Below, in pieces: positions 12,716 to 27,599 of a stretch of 64,000 bases of DNA. The position numbers and the translations under genes are program-made. Source of the DNA: Octopus vulgaris (Eukaryota); contig OX597814.1 in the NCBI GenBank assembly GCA_951406725.2, forward strand, positions 162,130,001 to 162,194,000, in the 5' to 3' direction. Every line of letters starts with the position of its first letter. Positions within the stretch are counted from its first letter, which is position 1. The notes below the pieces were generated by a model that saw only the letters and a list, made by a program, of their open reading frames with translations, did no database searches and was not told the origin of the DNA.

Positions 12716-14337
12716 TCTCAGTATTAAACTACATTATTTCCTTTCTTTCCTGGCAAGACACATTCATTCCCTCAACTTCATTTTAAGAAAGAAAAAAATA
12801 CAAAATATAAATTTTGTCTAAAAAAATTCTGTCTTTTTTTTTTTTTTTTTGTTAATCCATCAAACCATGCTAGTTTACAGAAATATGTTGAACAGTATAT
12901 AAATCTGTATGTATTGTCAAAGGATGAAAACACAGTGGTAAACCAGTGAGTGGTTAGAAATCTATAACCGATGAGTATTATTCACCAGTAAAATGAAAAA
13001 CAAATCAATAACTAGAGTTAACAAATCAGTTGGCTCCATTTCCTGTATTCAGACCAATTAGTGCCCTTAATTTCACCACAATCCTGGGGAACAGGTTTAG
13101 CATGATTCCAAGGAGTACCTAGTAACTAACTATAGCTCTTGCTTGATATAACGAAGACAAGTTTCATGTATGTATGTTATATGACAAATGCATTATGTGA
13201 GTATGCATGTTTCCTAAGTGTTATTGGTATAGTACAAAAAGTTAACTATTGGAAACACAGTATGCATAATTGCATCTTGGCTAATGTTCTGAGATGAGTT
13301 TTAAAATCTAATTGTATCTGTGTATTTTGAAAAACCTAAAAGTTACTGACACACACTTTTACTAATTTATTAGACTGATTATATATATATATATATATCA
13401 AGATGGAACCTTAAAATATGTACTTCTGTTGAAATATATCAAGTTACAATCTGTTGCCACCCAGCCTACCAGTCACACACACACCTAAGCAAAAATAAAT
13501 TAACTGCATGACCATAAATATGTATCTTATTTTTATTAGACTGGCACCTAGAAGGTATGAGAGTAAGATGTCCATCCACCTCAAACGTTGAGAAGTGAAC
13601 ACAGAGTATTTACATCTCAACATCAGCATTGATTGACCAGAATCTTATGAGTGAAATTTAGCAAAGTGGAACTTATGTGTGAAAGACCAACAGATGAATT
13701 ACCATATCACTGTCACTAGAATTTCAATTGAGAATTTAGCTAAGGGTACACCCTGGAGTATTCAGCCACTAACACCAGCAGATTCAGCTGACAGGACAAT
13801 TGAATACTCATTGTCCTTTAAACCCATAGGTCCATCTCCTTACATTTAGTAAATACAAAAATAATATCGATGCTGTAAAATTAGCTTCAGTTAACTATGT
13901 AGGAATTATTTCTACTCAATGTTTGACTAGGTTAGAGGTAGGTAGAACATTTAAACTATAAAACAATTACTCGGAACAGTTTAGATGCAAAGACACAAAT
14001 CTGGAGAAGTAACCAATCTATTTTAGCAGAAAAGAAAAGAAAATCATTAAAAGCTAAAATATTATTAAGAACCTTTAGAGTAAAAGGTCATAAACCTCTT
14101 TACAGAAACCAATTCAAAACCCTAAGCAATGATTTTGCTAGTCCAGAAATAAAACTAAAGACCAAAATATCTCAGTATTAAATTACATTGTTATTTTCTC
14201 TTTCTCTTGGCAAGATATATTCATTCCCTCAACCACATTTTAAGAAAGAAAGAAAAAATATAGAAAAGAAATTTTGTTTAGAAAATTCAGTCTCTCAATT
14301 TGCTAATCCATCAAACTTGTGCTAGTTTACAGAAATA
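12716..14337. repeat. Diverged ~170-bp direct repeat pair (12716-12885 and 14169-14337)
   Basis: Shared tctcagtattaaa...tggcaaga...ttcattccctcaac...ttttaagaaagaaa...taatccatcaaac...gctagtttacagaaatat. Confidence 0.85.
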
Positions 14338-14376
14338 TACAATTTTTAAGGACTGCATCTGCCTGCAATCCTTTAA

Positions 14377-14596
14377 CCCTTTCATTACTGTATTTATTTT
14401 GAGATGCTCTGTGTTTCTTTCAATTACTTTAAATATAACAAAGAATTTAGTAAAATAACTTAGTTATCATTCAGCTTGTGTTAGGAACATAAATTTTGAC
14501 TAAGGTTTGGTGGAAGATTTTAATTCAAAACTTATGAAAACAAGACATTTGTACTCAGAGCCATAGCCAGTTTCAGCCGAGTTGGTAATGAAAGGG
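14377..14596. mobile_element. Complete 220-bp piggyBac-type MITE
   Basis: TTAA|CCCTTTCATTAC ... GTAATGAAAGGG|TTAA: perfect 12-bp TIRs with TTAA target duplication. Confidence 0.9.
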
Positions 14597-15883
14597 TTAA
14601 AATTAAAATAAAAATAATAATAATTTCGTTTAATAATACAATAGACAATTGTAAATAATTTGAACAGAAAATTATGAAAAAAAATACCCCAACTATTTCA
14701 AATTTTTAAGCAAACATTTTAAGGAATATGTTTTGTGTGTGATGTAGTAATGATGATGGTGGTGGTTGAAAGAGCAGTGGTAATAGTAAAGAGTTTAGAC
14801 TTTGAGAGAAAATGGAAGCACTAGATGAGTAAAAAGAGAAACATGAGCCTAACTGTTAAATTATCTAATTAGTGCTCTACTTTGTTATATGGCATTCAGT
14901 TTGCATCCTCAAAAGTAATCTTGCCATTTTCAAGTGGACATGAAAATGGCTATACAAGAATTCCAATTGCCACTTGACATTTACAGAAGAGATTACTGGC
15001 CACCTCTTTGATAGCTTGGAAAGTGCTGCCATTTTCTATGTAACATCAGCTTTCCACAGTAAAGTGAGCTTGGATAATGGTAAATCAATTAATATAGACA
15101 GAAACACACTGGGTATATTAAGCCATATCCAATTCAATAAAGTTTTAGCAACAACACCCATCAGTTAAATATGACCACAATTACAAGCAGTAAGGGAAAA
15201 ATATATTTTGAAGCTCTAAAATAAACTAACCAACATGGAACAATGTCTAGATCAGATTTATAAAGATAAACTGTCAGCAGTTGCAGGTTGGAATCTTATA
15301 TTTTTCCTAGAATTTTATATAAATCAAATTTTATCTACTTGAAGACAATTCATTGTTTATATTTTTAAAGTGTTCAGACAATAGTGACTACAGTAGAAAT
15401 CAAGTAGTTAAATTTGAAACAGATTATTCAAAGATATTGTTAGGTCTCACATAAATTTCAGTTTTAATGTTAATAAAAATGATTGGCAAGTCTCTTCTTT
15501 CTTCGGATTATTTTGTGTAAGACATTTATACTTTACAAATAAGATACTAGTAATGTATGTAAAACAATGTCTTTATATCTACATGATCGGTTAAAGAAAC
15601 TTGCCAATCACTCAAATTGTTCTTATATATATATATGGATTATATTAAAGGTCAGTAGAAATTATGAAATAACTAAATTCTTTGAAAGAAAAATATAGGA
15701 ATTTTATCATTATGATGGTTAGTGGTATAAAATTGTAACCATAATCACAAGTCATGAGATATGATCAAATCTGCATTAATATAAATAATTTACAAATATA
15801 TACATTTAGCTAAAAATTTATATTTTCACCAAACAGAATTAGTGACAAAAGAAACTTTTAATTCAATCAACATTACAAGTAAG

Positions 15884-15916
<33 letters not shown>

Positions 15917-18900
15917 GAAAATGCTACAAATATGTAATATTTATTTAAAAAATTGGCCGAAGTTGCTTCTAAGTCGCAGCAGTATGAACAAATTAATATC
16001 ACCTAAATTATTTCAATTGTACTTTTAATTAATTATTTAGCATTTAAGCTGGCCCAGATATTTTACCTTTTTTTTATGTTCAACCCTATTATGTCATTCT
16101 AAAAGTATACAACCACATCTTTAAAAAGCATGAAGCTTACAAGATATTCCACGACTAATTGAAAATCATGTGAATAAATAAGAATTACATGTAATTTTTC
16201 CAAAACCGGACATGTCTATGTAAAATGGGTGGGGGTACTTTAATGCACTACGACCCATTCCACCAAAATTCTATTCGGTAATGCAACAACTATACTTTGA
16301 AGCTGTAAATGACTTTCCTATTTTCTAATAATATTTGTCTGGCAATCCTGAACATTTAAAACTGTACAGTAACAAAGAATTAACTAAAATGTAAATGCTA
16401 TAAATGTCGAATATGCAAGTCAGCATTTAAGCAGAGGCCTTGTGTAGCTTTCTCACAAGTTATAAAGAGGAGAATGCTAAGTAGCCTTTTTGTCTGCAAA
16501 ACTATTAACTGCAGTAGATGTACAGACTATTTATTTAGTGAGTGAGGTGTACCAACCAGTAGGCTAGCTTCAACCAGAAATTCATCAAGGAAACCATGTT
16601 GAAGAACTATGATAAACACAGTAAACTTTAACCTCAAACAAATAATAGATTACCAATACTAGAAATTGACATTTTAACACAAAGAAGCTGGGTGGGAGCC
16701 TGACCTATCTAGACAATTAGTTTCTACCCCCATTTTTGCTGCAGTTTCCACTAAATCTAACTGCTGCAGATAAAAGGTCATACACCCAATCTATCAAAGT
16801 GACTGTAGTACAGACACAAAATGAGTATAAAAAGGTAAATACAAAAGGCTAAAATAGAGGAGGGGTATAACTAGCAACTTTTGATATAACTATCATTTTC
16901 AAAATAACCAGTTAAACAAGAACCAAAACATTTTTTTGTTATTACCTTATGACTGCTAAGAAGAGTTTATATGAATTTAAAATACATTATTGATTCTTAA
17001 ACTAATTTTAAATTTTAGCCGAAAGCTGTCAGGTGTAAGAAAAGTTTGTTCAAATGTTTCGTTTATTTTTCACCTTTCTAAATACTTCAGACATAGGTGT
17101 AGGCATTTTTTTTCTTTTTTCAAAACATTTTTTTTGTAACTCTTGGCCCTTGACATCTCTTAGTAACTTCTGCCAATTATATACACACACACAAGTTTTG
17201 AGTTATATATTCCCTCATTGTATTAACATTGTATTAACAGATGTGTGTGTGTGTGTGTGATGTTCTCATGGATGAGAATGGTAGTTTTGTGGAACAAGAT
17301 GTTAATCAGTGAAGCAGTTTTGTCAGATTAAACAGAGTAAGCTGAATTGTGTACTAAATATTCATTACAATGTTTAAATTCTGGCTGAGAAAACCAAGAT
17401 CAAAGATATTTCAACCATGATCATCATCTCTTGACTATATAACTAATTTTGTTCAAGAGAATAGGATGGGATATAAGGAGAGGTTTAACTGCTATTTCTA
17501 AAAGGTCAAAAGATCATGCAGAGGCCCCTTCATGGTGAGATTTGAACTTCCAACCATGTGGTGAGTAGTCTAGCATCTTTGCAGTTAACTTGTCTTGTAA
17601 ACAATGTTTCAATAGCATCAAAATCACCATGCTCTTGACCTGGATTCAGTTTCAGAATAGAGCAATTATATTTTTCACTTCATATCAATGACATATACGG
17701 AAGTCCACTTTGCTCATGATGTTAATATGTTTACATATATAAACTATTATAAAAATCAGCAGTACAAATAATAATGCATATAGCCACTTATCAGAGTTGA
17801 AAGCATTTAAAAAGAAAGATGATTTTGTGTGTGGGTATATATATAGATTCAGTTGAATTAGGTACTTAAGTTGAAGCACCAAAAATTAGGGCGGTATTAT
17901 CTGTACAACTCAAAATAAGCAACAATATTGTTTAAAATCAATCACCTATAGTACCCCACAATAAAATTTCCACTGTATTATTATCATTGGTTTTATTAGT
18001 GTCTTGCCCCTTTAACTGATAATTAGCATCATGATTAATCAGTTACTTTATACTACTTCAAAATAATCTAGACAAGTTTTATGACCATACCCACTATGTT
18101 CTGTCAACTCTCTCCTGCCCTTTCCTTACAGATACAATCCTCTAGTCCCTTAGATTTGGTATTAAAACTGAACCAAAATCCATTACAAGCTATGACCCCA
18201 ACAAATCTTTTTCCTAATGTCTAGTAAATTCTAAGCTGAAGTGGTAGCAGCATAGTCTTTGTCTGTCTGCTAACTCTAGAGTATTTAAGTAAAATTATAT
18301 TGTGTCCAACTGATTAAAAAATTGTTTATTTATTTATGCAGCTGAGGATAGCCCTGCATTTAAATTGAGCCACTTGAAACAGTCATACTGCATCACCTCT
18401 GGACATCCTATATATATATATATATGTGTGTGTGTGTTTATTGGTCTCAGTCTGAACTGTGACCGTACAGGGGTATCCACATTCTAGAGTACAGCAGATA
18501 ACATCAATCCCAATGTCCCAATACTTATTTTATTGATCTTAGAAAAATGAAGTCTTCCTAAGTAGGATTTGAGTCCACGATGTAAAGGAATATAACCAAA
18601 TTGCAGGCTAAATTTTGTCCACTGCTCAATTGATTGTCACCTACCTAGTATTATATTTTGCAGTCAGATACAGTCAACAGTGTAACTAGGATTTACATCA
18701 GAGAAAGTCAATATTTGGCAGTCACAAAGTTAATGTCCCTAACAAATTTAGCTAGTTTTCCTATTATAATACTCCAACTTGTCACTCAAAGTAAATATCT
18801 AATATACGTTTAAGAATTTTTTTAAATGGTAATGAAAAGCAATATATACTACATACACACATTTATATTAAATATATAGACAATTATTGATATATTTACA

Positions 18901-18999
18901 AGTAATGCAAAAAATACAAAACATTTACTGAAATAAAAATATTCTAATTATATAACTTAAAAAGTAATGTCTTATTTGCACATATTTTTGGTTGTTTTT

Positions 19000-20340
19000 T
19001 AATAATTAATTTTGAACTTAATTTCAAAACTATTCTTACAATCGACGATGCAAATACATCAATATTATCAAAATTAGTGTTTGGTGTTTCCTCACATTTA
19101 ATGGTGAACATGGTGACAATCTACAGTCCCCACCACCACATCTGTTTTTGGCTTGGCTGTGCTTTCAAAATCAACTTCAACAGGCTGAAAGATAGTCCTC
19201 AGTAAGCAACTGGGACATTATCAGAAAAGCTTCACTCAAATTAAAAACAGTATCTTGTTCAACCTAAAATTTCTCCATAAAGCTCAACTCCATCTATATC
19301 AATAACACACCTTAGTCAAATTGATAGAATGATTATTAACTTATTACAGAACTAGCTTTACAGTTTTCCTTAACTTCTATTGAATCAAGCAACCTTCAAA
19401 CAGCATTTATCTTTTACAAGTTGTTCCAAAATTATTTGCATCAAGTTTTCAGTATTTTTTGTTTCTGAATATGACTCATAAAAAAAAAAAAAGTTTCCTC
19501 CTTAAACTCCATATCAGTACAAGCTAATTTGGCCAGTTCTTGATGTGCTTGATTTGTAGTGATATCAAACAGGGCCAAAATAGCTGGCCTTATGAATGCT
19601 ATGTAGCTATTTCTGGTGAACAATACCAGCCATTAGCCAATACATTGATTTTACACTAATGGAGGTAAATATGGTATTCTTTCAGGTTCTTTTTCACATA
19701 ACCAAGATGTTCTTTTGTGACAGGTTCAGAGTCTGCCAACAATTTTAATACTCCTCTAAAATTTCCAAAATCATTTTCCTCTTGTTTATGGGATTCCTTG
19801 TGACCAAGCAATGCAATGTTTTGAGTTGCTTAAAATCTTTATGAAATAGAGAATCCTGTAGAGAATGTCTCACTAACACCACCTTTACTCAAATGCAATT
19901 TGAACTTGAAGCTTCCTATCAATGATTTCTCTTTTCTCTAAAATCTCACCATTTATCTCTCTCTTGAGTCAAGCAGTATCAATGATATGTTGCTTTTTCA
20001 TGGATAATCTTTTCCTCATGATTACCAATCCATTTTCTTGTTCCAATGAAGACATTAGTATTTCATGAAATAATAAATAACAAAAGCAAACTTGTAATTT
20101 CTTCTCTTGAGCCATCAGTGCCAAACTTCTCTACATCCTTCCATTTACACCAACACCCATTCAGTAACATGCTTTAAGAGGAAAGGATTTAAAAAATACT
20201 TCTGAGTATATAGTTTGACATTATAACAAACACCAAGAAACTTAGCCATGATGCCGATTAACACTTGGTTATATATGCTGTGCTATGTTTTTCTATTTCT
20301 CAATATTTGAGTTATTAGTACCTACAGTCTCAAATACAGC
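19000..20340 (-). mobile_element. hAT transposase remnant (ZMYM1-like/DUF4371 type)
   Basis: ATQNIALLGHKESHKQEENDFGNFRGVLKLLADSEPVTKEHL (~19704-19830); C-terminal NFDNIDVFA-like motif near 19050-19080. Confidence 0.72.
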
Positions 20341-23099
20341 TTCTGCTGTTTGTTGTAGGACATTTAATCCTTCTGACACACTCAGCAATACAATTAATGC
20401 TGATAAAATAGTAGACTGTTGAAGAAATGACACCATAAATCTATTGATTGTTTGTTGTCTGTTTCTTGCATTTTTTTTTTTTTTTGTTTCTTCCTGTCTT
20501 CTGTCTCAGTTTGATTTTCAGTATTGGTAACATTCACTTTATGATCAAATTTTCCAAAAAACACATTCACAAAAGAACTGTTCAAATACCCACATTTTCA
20601 ATGCGAGTAATTGTTGCTGATGATTTTGTGAAACCAGTATATAGAATAGTTACATTTTTTTTTTTTTAAGTTGCACATGTAATACAGGAATGGGGGAAGG
20701 AGAGGGTGAAAATATAAAATTTTTGTAATTCAGTTAAAATTAAAGAAAAATACTTCGAAACAAAATATAATTTTTTAAACACAAAAACAAAAAAGTTTTA
20801 AAGGAAAACCTATTTAAAAAATTATTAACTTTGAAAAATACTTGTTTTTTTTCCACAGATTTGAGTCTTAGTTTTATGACAAAGCTGCAGAATTCTCTTT
20901 CTGATTCTACACTTGTCAGCTTTTGCGAGAAGATCCTGCTTGAAAACTAATTTTAGAATTTCAACTGTGAGGGCAAAATGATAAAATAAAAAAAAAAAAT
21001 TTTTTTTAAATGTGTGTATGAGTGTGTGGCAAAGATGAATATTTATGAGGAGAGCAGTACACCGAATCTGTGCAGGTCTTTACCATCCTCAAAAAACGAA
21101 TGCCCTATGAAACTCAGTTTAGGAAACTGAAATAAGTCAACCACGTTTTGAAATGGAAATACTCACACAGTGTGTGTGTGTGTGTGTGTGTATGTGTGTG
21201 TAGATAGACAGATATACTTAAGTGCATGCATCCACTTACACACGTGTGCCTACTTAGCTCAGCAGCAGTTATAATGAATGATGATTAATTTTAAAATATA
21301 ATGAAGGATAATGAATATGTACCAAAGACTATGTACATATAAATAGGTATTTTTTAATTGGCAGATATAAAAGTAGTTTCAACAATAGAAAATTTCAGTG
21401 TAAACAATATTAGTGACATTATTGACATTGTCATGATATACCTACAGCACCCTGTGTAGTTGCTGACAGAGCAATATAGAACTGTCTTTATGCAAACAGA
21501 CCTATAAAGAACAGTACTGTTTTATTCCATAATTTACTGACTTACAGTGCAAAAATCATCTTGAACTGGAAAATGTTACCGGCTGAGGGTCAATGACAGA
21601 GAAGTATCAGGTCTTAGTTCAAGTCTTGGTACTGTTACATTTTCACTTCTCTAACAATGTGCAATGTAGCCTTTAATTATGCATTCATGTAAATGGATTA
21701 TTTTAATTTTTGTTCCATAGCAAAATCCATTTGGACTCTTTCAAGTTTGCAACAACCTCAACATCATTTGGAAAATATCTTCACAATAGTATCTACTTGT
21801 TCCCTCTCTTTCACAATGAGAAGCAAAAGATCAGCTACTTTTGGTACTCAGGAGTCAGTGGTTACATCATCATCAGTTAATATTCGCCTTCTATACTAGG
21901 CTTGGGTCGGACAGTTTGACAGGAGCTGGCCAGGCAGGAGCCTGCACCAGACTTCTGTGTCTGTTTGGCAGGGTTTTTACAGCTGGATGCCCAAATCATT
22001 TTGAAAATAAAAAAATAAATAAAAGCTCATAACTACATATACATTATAGCAGCTCTGCAAACTTTGAAACAGAAAGCTTTTGTTGACAATCACCTGGACA
22101 AGTCATCATCTTGCCACCAAGAGGAAAAATCATTTTGCAAAAAGTAATGAAATTTGATAGATAGCTCCTACCTCAGTATTTAAAATGATTCAAACAGATG
22201 AATCCACAGATTCAAATTATTTTTTGCCAGTTTGCTGCAAACAAAAAAGCCTTGTCAAAAAAAAAAAAAAAAAGAGAGGAGGGTGTGAGAATTATCTGAA
22301 AAGACATTTACTTTTAAAAAGAGTACTGCAAGTTGTCTTTGTGATACTACAGTAAGGTTTAGTATACTTGATACGAGTTAGAGACAGTGTTTGTAATAAG
22401 GACAGCACAAATTAATACCAGAAACTCATTGGAATATTTTGCCATGTCAAATTTACCTTATTCTGAAATGGTCAGCATTTGTATATGTGGAAGTCTTCAC
22501 TTCTGGAGTTCAATAGTGTAAACTAAACCTTCCACTTTAAGTACCAATTTCAAACTGAATACTCAGAAAACAAATTTGGTTAGTCCTATAGTTTTTGTTG
22601 TACTTGAAGCTCTGCAACAACTACATAACCATTAGGATTACATGTAAATGCAAGGAACCAATCGAGCTTCAGTAGCAATGAAGAATGCTCACTGGGTCCT
22701 TTCAAGGACATTTTGTATAACCTAGAACCCCAGTGAAACAAGTTGGAAGTACAAAATCTCTCTCATATTTGAACTATCACTCTGCACTTGGTGCATCATG
22801 TCTAAATAATTGTACAGTAAGTTCCTATTGATTCTTTTGAATCCAATGGAGTCACGTCCATCAACAACATCCTTCTAATTGAAACACTGTTCTGTACACA
22901 TAATAATCTATCTGGCTAAAGTTTTGTACAATCACACACGTCTCTTCGGAACAAATGAAGTGTAATGGAACATAGATGTGATTCAGTTGATCATGCTTGA
23001 ATAAAACAGTTTCATGATCACAATTTCCACCCGTTCTAGGTAGGCCAACTGAATGTGAAATATCAATGTACATGCAAATCTGAGAAAATCTGGGCCACA

Positions 23100-24320
23100 T
23101 TATGAATCAGATATAATGTGCAAGAGAAGACTTCTCTGGTGTAGGCTTGTAAAGTTTATGGATGAGGACAGCTTTTGGGAAAAAAGTGTCAACTACTAAC
23201 AAAGGATGGAATCCATGGAAGATGGTAATTCAGAAAGACATGGGATAAAATAGTGCAGGCTGATCTCAGGATGTTGAGCTTTACAGGAGATGCCAAAGGA
23301 CCCAGATGATTGGTGATATGCAGTATTCAAGAACATCTGCTAAAGATAAGCAAGCATGGAAAAATTAATGCTCTGAAGCTCAATGCACCAACTAGATTTT
23401 TCATTATGTCCTTGGCAAGTTTCCACTTTCTGTCACCTTCTATGACTCTTCTGCCGTAACTAATGAATGCAAAAACTAAGCCACCCTTCCAGTACCACTG
23501 GTTCTCTCTCTCTCTCTCTCTCTACAGAACCACCTCCTTTTGATATCCACTCACTGACATCCCCATTAATTTACCAACTGCAACTCCAACCCTTATATAA
23601 ATCTGACACCCTCTATCCCTGTTTCTAGTCATCTCCCACTATACCTCATACCTTTACCCCTCACCTCACTATCACTTTCATACCAACTGTATTTTCTGTT
23701 GCTGTAACTAATAAAGCAGAACCTGTAACTCCATCAACCTTTCTGTACTTGCCCAACATTCCTTCCTATCTCCTTCCCAGCTCATATTTACCAGACTACC
23801 CCCTACACTTGTTCACAATTTTCTACATTCACTCCTCAATACATCTAACCACTTTTACACCTATCTCAATCCATCTCTCACTCCCTACTCAACACTATTT
23901 ATCCTTCCTGATTCTTTTATCTCCACTTTTTAATCTATACCACATCACTCGTAGATGTCAACTCCAGAGCAAATTTCCCTCCAGGCAGTGCAAGATGACA
24001 TTGCAATATGTCAACTCTGAGACATTACCCTGGAGATACATTTTGGCACCTCACCACAACAATCTTTATCTCTTTCTGGTATCATTTCATCTACCTTCAC
24101 TCACCCATATGAATTTCAACAATAAACCTGATTCTCCTATCTCTCTTCCAGTTCTGTAGTTGGCAAAGTTGTAAGGCAATCTTACTAGTACTGGTCCCAT
24201 GAAAATAAGCACACAATACACTCTGTAAAGTAACTACAATGAGGAAGGGTGTCAGGCCACCAAAGTTATGCCAAAATTTTCTCACCCACTTAATTCTGTT
24301 GAACTATACAACCCATGCAA
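23100..24320 (+). mobile_element. Old RTE LINE 3' remnant
   Basis: Degenerate match to the RTE C-terminus at 23115-23350, then a pyrimidine-rich UTR and a decayed tail. Confidence 0.6.
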
Positions 24321-24345
24321 TTCATATATGTCTAAGTGTATTTGA

Positions 24346-24376
<31 letters not shown>

Positions 24377-24603
24377 TGCAGATAAAAATATTAAACAGGT
24401 TTTATGTATATGTCATCATTGTTTCAACATCTACATCTTCATGCTTGCATGGATTGGATGGAGTATATTGAGGCAGATTTTCTATAGTCAGATACCCTCA
24501 CTCTTACCAAACCTCACTTTTTTTCTAAGCAAAGAAATATTTCTGTCCATTAGAAAATATCTTGCTTGGACACAGGTAAAAGTTGGAACAGAAAATCTAC
24601 CGT

Positions 24604-24649
<46 letters not shown>

Positions 24650-24959
24650 TCCATACACACTACACAGATACATATGTAATGTTTGCCAATTTGATTTTTA
24701 CATATTGCCACTTTCTCATTGCAAACAAACTTGCAGCTTAACATTCCTAGCATGTGACCGTAGATGAACATCTTGCTCTGATATTGCTTTAAATTTTCCT
24801 AATAAAAATGATACATAATTTGGCCAAGATTCATACCAACTGCAACTTCATCTTTGTGCCTCCACTCAAAATGCATTTTCAACTCACCAGTAGATAAGTA
24901 CACCATATGTACTTATCTATGCAATGACAGCAAAGTACAGCTTTGCTGTCATTACTGGA

Positions 24960-25750
24960 ATTGTATGCATACAAGCAATGACTATTGCTCTTCCAATAAG
25001 TAACTTTTGTGGATGACAAATCCAGCAATTCAAAGTGTAGTGATCTACAGACAAAGCAAACAAGATAATGTTTGGATACTCTACAATGCAGTAATTCATC
25101 ATTCTGTAGTTTTCCTGCATTACTTTTCACCATTTGATGAGCAATTTTTCAAACCCCAAGCTATTGCTCCTCATTATAGACCATTATCTTCCTTTGTTCA
25201 TAATGTGTTCCCAATAAACAGTGCTGATGTTGAAGGCCTGTAATTTGTTCTTGTAATATTATGAAATCTTATGGTTTGTGCTGAGAACACTTGCCAAAAA
25301 ATCCTCCATAAAGTACTTGCTTTGGAAACTTGAAATCATCAAGATGCATGGCATGACTTATTCACTGCATAAAAATATTTGAGGAGGTGAGCTTTCATAC
25401 TGAAACAATCCACTTTTACTTGCACTTGTGTGTCAAGTGTAAAGATTTCTAACTCATGTTTAATATTTGCTTTAGACTCTTCTAGTAAAATGCCGTGAAT
25501 ATTTTGATGTGTTATCAGTATGGATCCAGGTCTCAGACAAATATGGCAGAGATAGGATTACATGTGTATTAAAGATGCTTGGTGGACAATTTCAAGTCCC
25601 TGTCTGGTAATAAGTGATGCTACTATGTCTCCACCTTAACTCAGTTAGTGTACTGTCAGTTCCTGAATAGATCTCTTTAACCTTAAACATTCAGTATGAC
25701 ATGAATCTGTCCAACAGAGCACATATCTGTCAGTTCTATAATGCCAGAAT
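24960..25750 (-). mobile_element. Possible very old mariner remnant
   Basis: ETWIH-like motif at ~25517-25535 and GKL...LLH...LHFELL in ORF 24879..25133; heavily decayed. Confidence 0.4.
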
Positions 25751-27599
25751 CTATCTGAAAATATTCTTGTTTATATATACTTTTTAAAGAAAGTAATGAA
25801 CTCTAATTTAAGGAAGAAAATCATAATCTCTTCCTCTATCATTTCCTCATATTCTGTAATGTTTGCTATTAAAATTAAGGCTTGTGTTGCTTAACTTTTG
25901 CAATTTATTTACTTAAACCTTCATGCATATCTAGGTACAATGTTTATGAAAGGAGTAAATTCAGAAAGATTATGTTTGTATGTCCATATCTGTTACTAAT
26001 TGCATTTAATATATTACTAACATCTCTTTCGATCATTTCTTTTTTTTTTAACCCTGAGTGAATCTGCCTTTTAGCTGCCAATTTTCATAAGCTAACCAGA
26101 AATATATATATAAGGAAATCCATTTTTAGATTTTTCAATCACTACAGGACTGAGTGTTTGACTGAACATTTTCAACAGGATGTTTAAGTGTTAATTTTAA
26201 CTTTGGCTATATTACTATTATTATTCACTTCCTCAATAACAGGATGCTGCAGGTCTTCAATAACTTTCCAATTTATTGTGGATGGATTGTGAAAAAGATC
26301 TGTGAAATGTTATGTCAATATCTTCAGAATACCTTCAGTGTCACTGATTAAAGTAGATCCATCTTTAGAATAGAGAGGAGCAGTAGTTTATTGGTGAGGA
26401 CCAAACACCTGTTTTACATTATTCTGGAGATTTTTTTTTATCAAAAGCCAGTAAAATATTAATTGGATATATAACTCTTCAATAATTTCTCTGCATTCAG
26501 ATGTTACATTCAAGGTAAATTAGGTTTGTACAATTTCTAGCGTAATTCATGCTTGATGTCTAAGAGTTCCAACATTTCTGAGTTGTTTGCATGTTCTGAA
26601 TGCCAAGATATTGGCAACAAGGGAATAATATTTTTTCTTCTAAGTGATTGTCAAAACTCAATCAATGAATTTCCTAGCTTAGCAAAGATATTACGTTAGG
26701 TCACAAAGTTTGTCAGCATTTAGTCATTTACAACTTTCATGTTATTTGTCAAATTTTCCCTAACAAGCTTCAGATTTACTTACACTAGGCTGTAGACAAC
26801 AAATGTCACATTTACATAATAAGACAATACTGTCCAAGAGTGGATCCAAAGACCCAACTCTGAACATACCTGTTGCGGAAAATTCCTATCAATTTCAGCA
26901 AAATCTATATTTCACCTACCTATGCATGCGTGCACATACACACACATATCTACACATGCGTGCACATGTGTGTGTTTGAGTCAGAGCACTGTGTCATGCT
27001 CCAATGTGTACTTTGGTATGGCTTCTATGGTTTAATTGCCCTTCCTAATATCAACCACTTTACAGAGTATACTGAGTGTCTTTTGTGTGACTCCAGGACT
27101 AATGATGGCATCATGCAACTCACAAAACAAAAATTCCTTTCAAAGAACAGGTTTGTAGCTATGAAGGGTCAACATGGCTACTTAGAAAATAGAAGAGATA
27201 GGAAGAGCAATCAGGGTAGCACTGAAAACAGATACAAGACAGTGGAAATAAGGTATCATGATGGATCCTCAACATACAAAATGAATAGAAGTGGAGAGTG
27301 AACATGAAGTGCGGGTGCATAGAGGTTGCAAGAGTGTATGAATGAGTGAGAGAGAAATGAGTGGGAAGATGAGTATAACAAAGAACAAGGGTTCAAGGAT
27401 ATATATCAGAAGGAGAATGAGGAAAAGTAGATAACAGTAGAGAATGGGTAGGATTGAGGCATGGATGCAGGGAATGGATTGATCTGCTCACAGATGATGC
27501 ATGTATATGTATAGATTTGGTGTACATTTATGTGTAAATGTGTATTCATATATATGGGTGTATACACGCACACAAAGATATATGTATATGCATAAATTT

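Noticed and set aside
17503-17516. DR2-like AGGTCA-aa-AGATCA as an autoregulatory element
   Set aside because: Imperfect, lies in what appears to be a dispersed repeat, and is expected by chance in 60 kb.
22300-22900. Possible hAT C-terminal remnant (similar hints at 26300-26870 and 46240-47340)
   Set aside because: Too decayed to assign by eye; needs a profile search.
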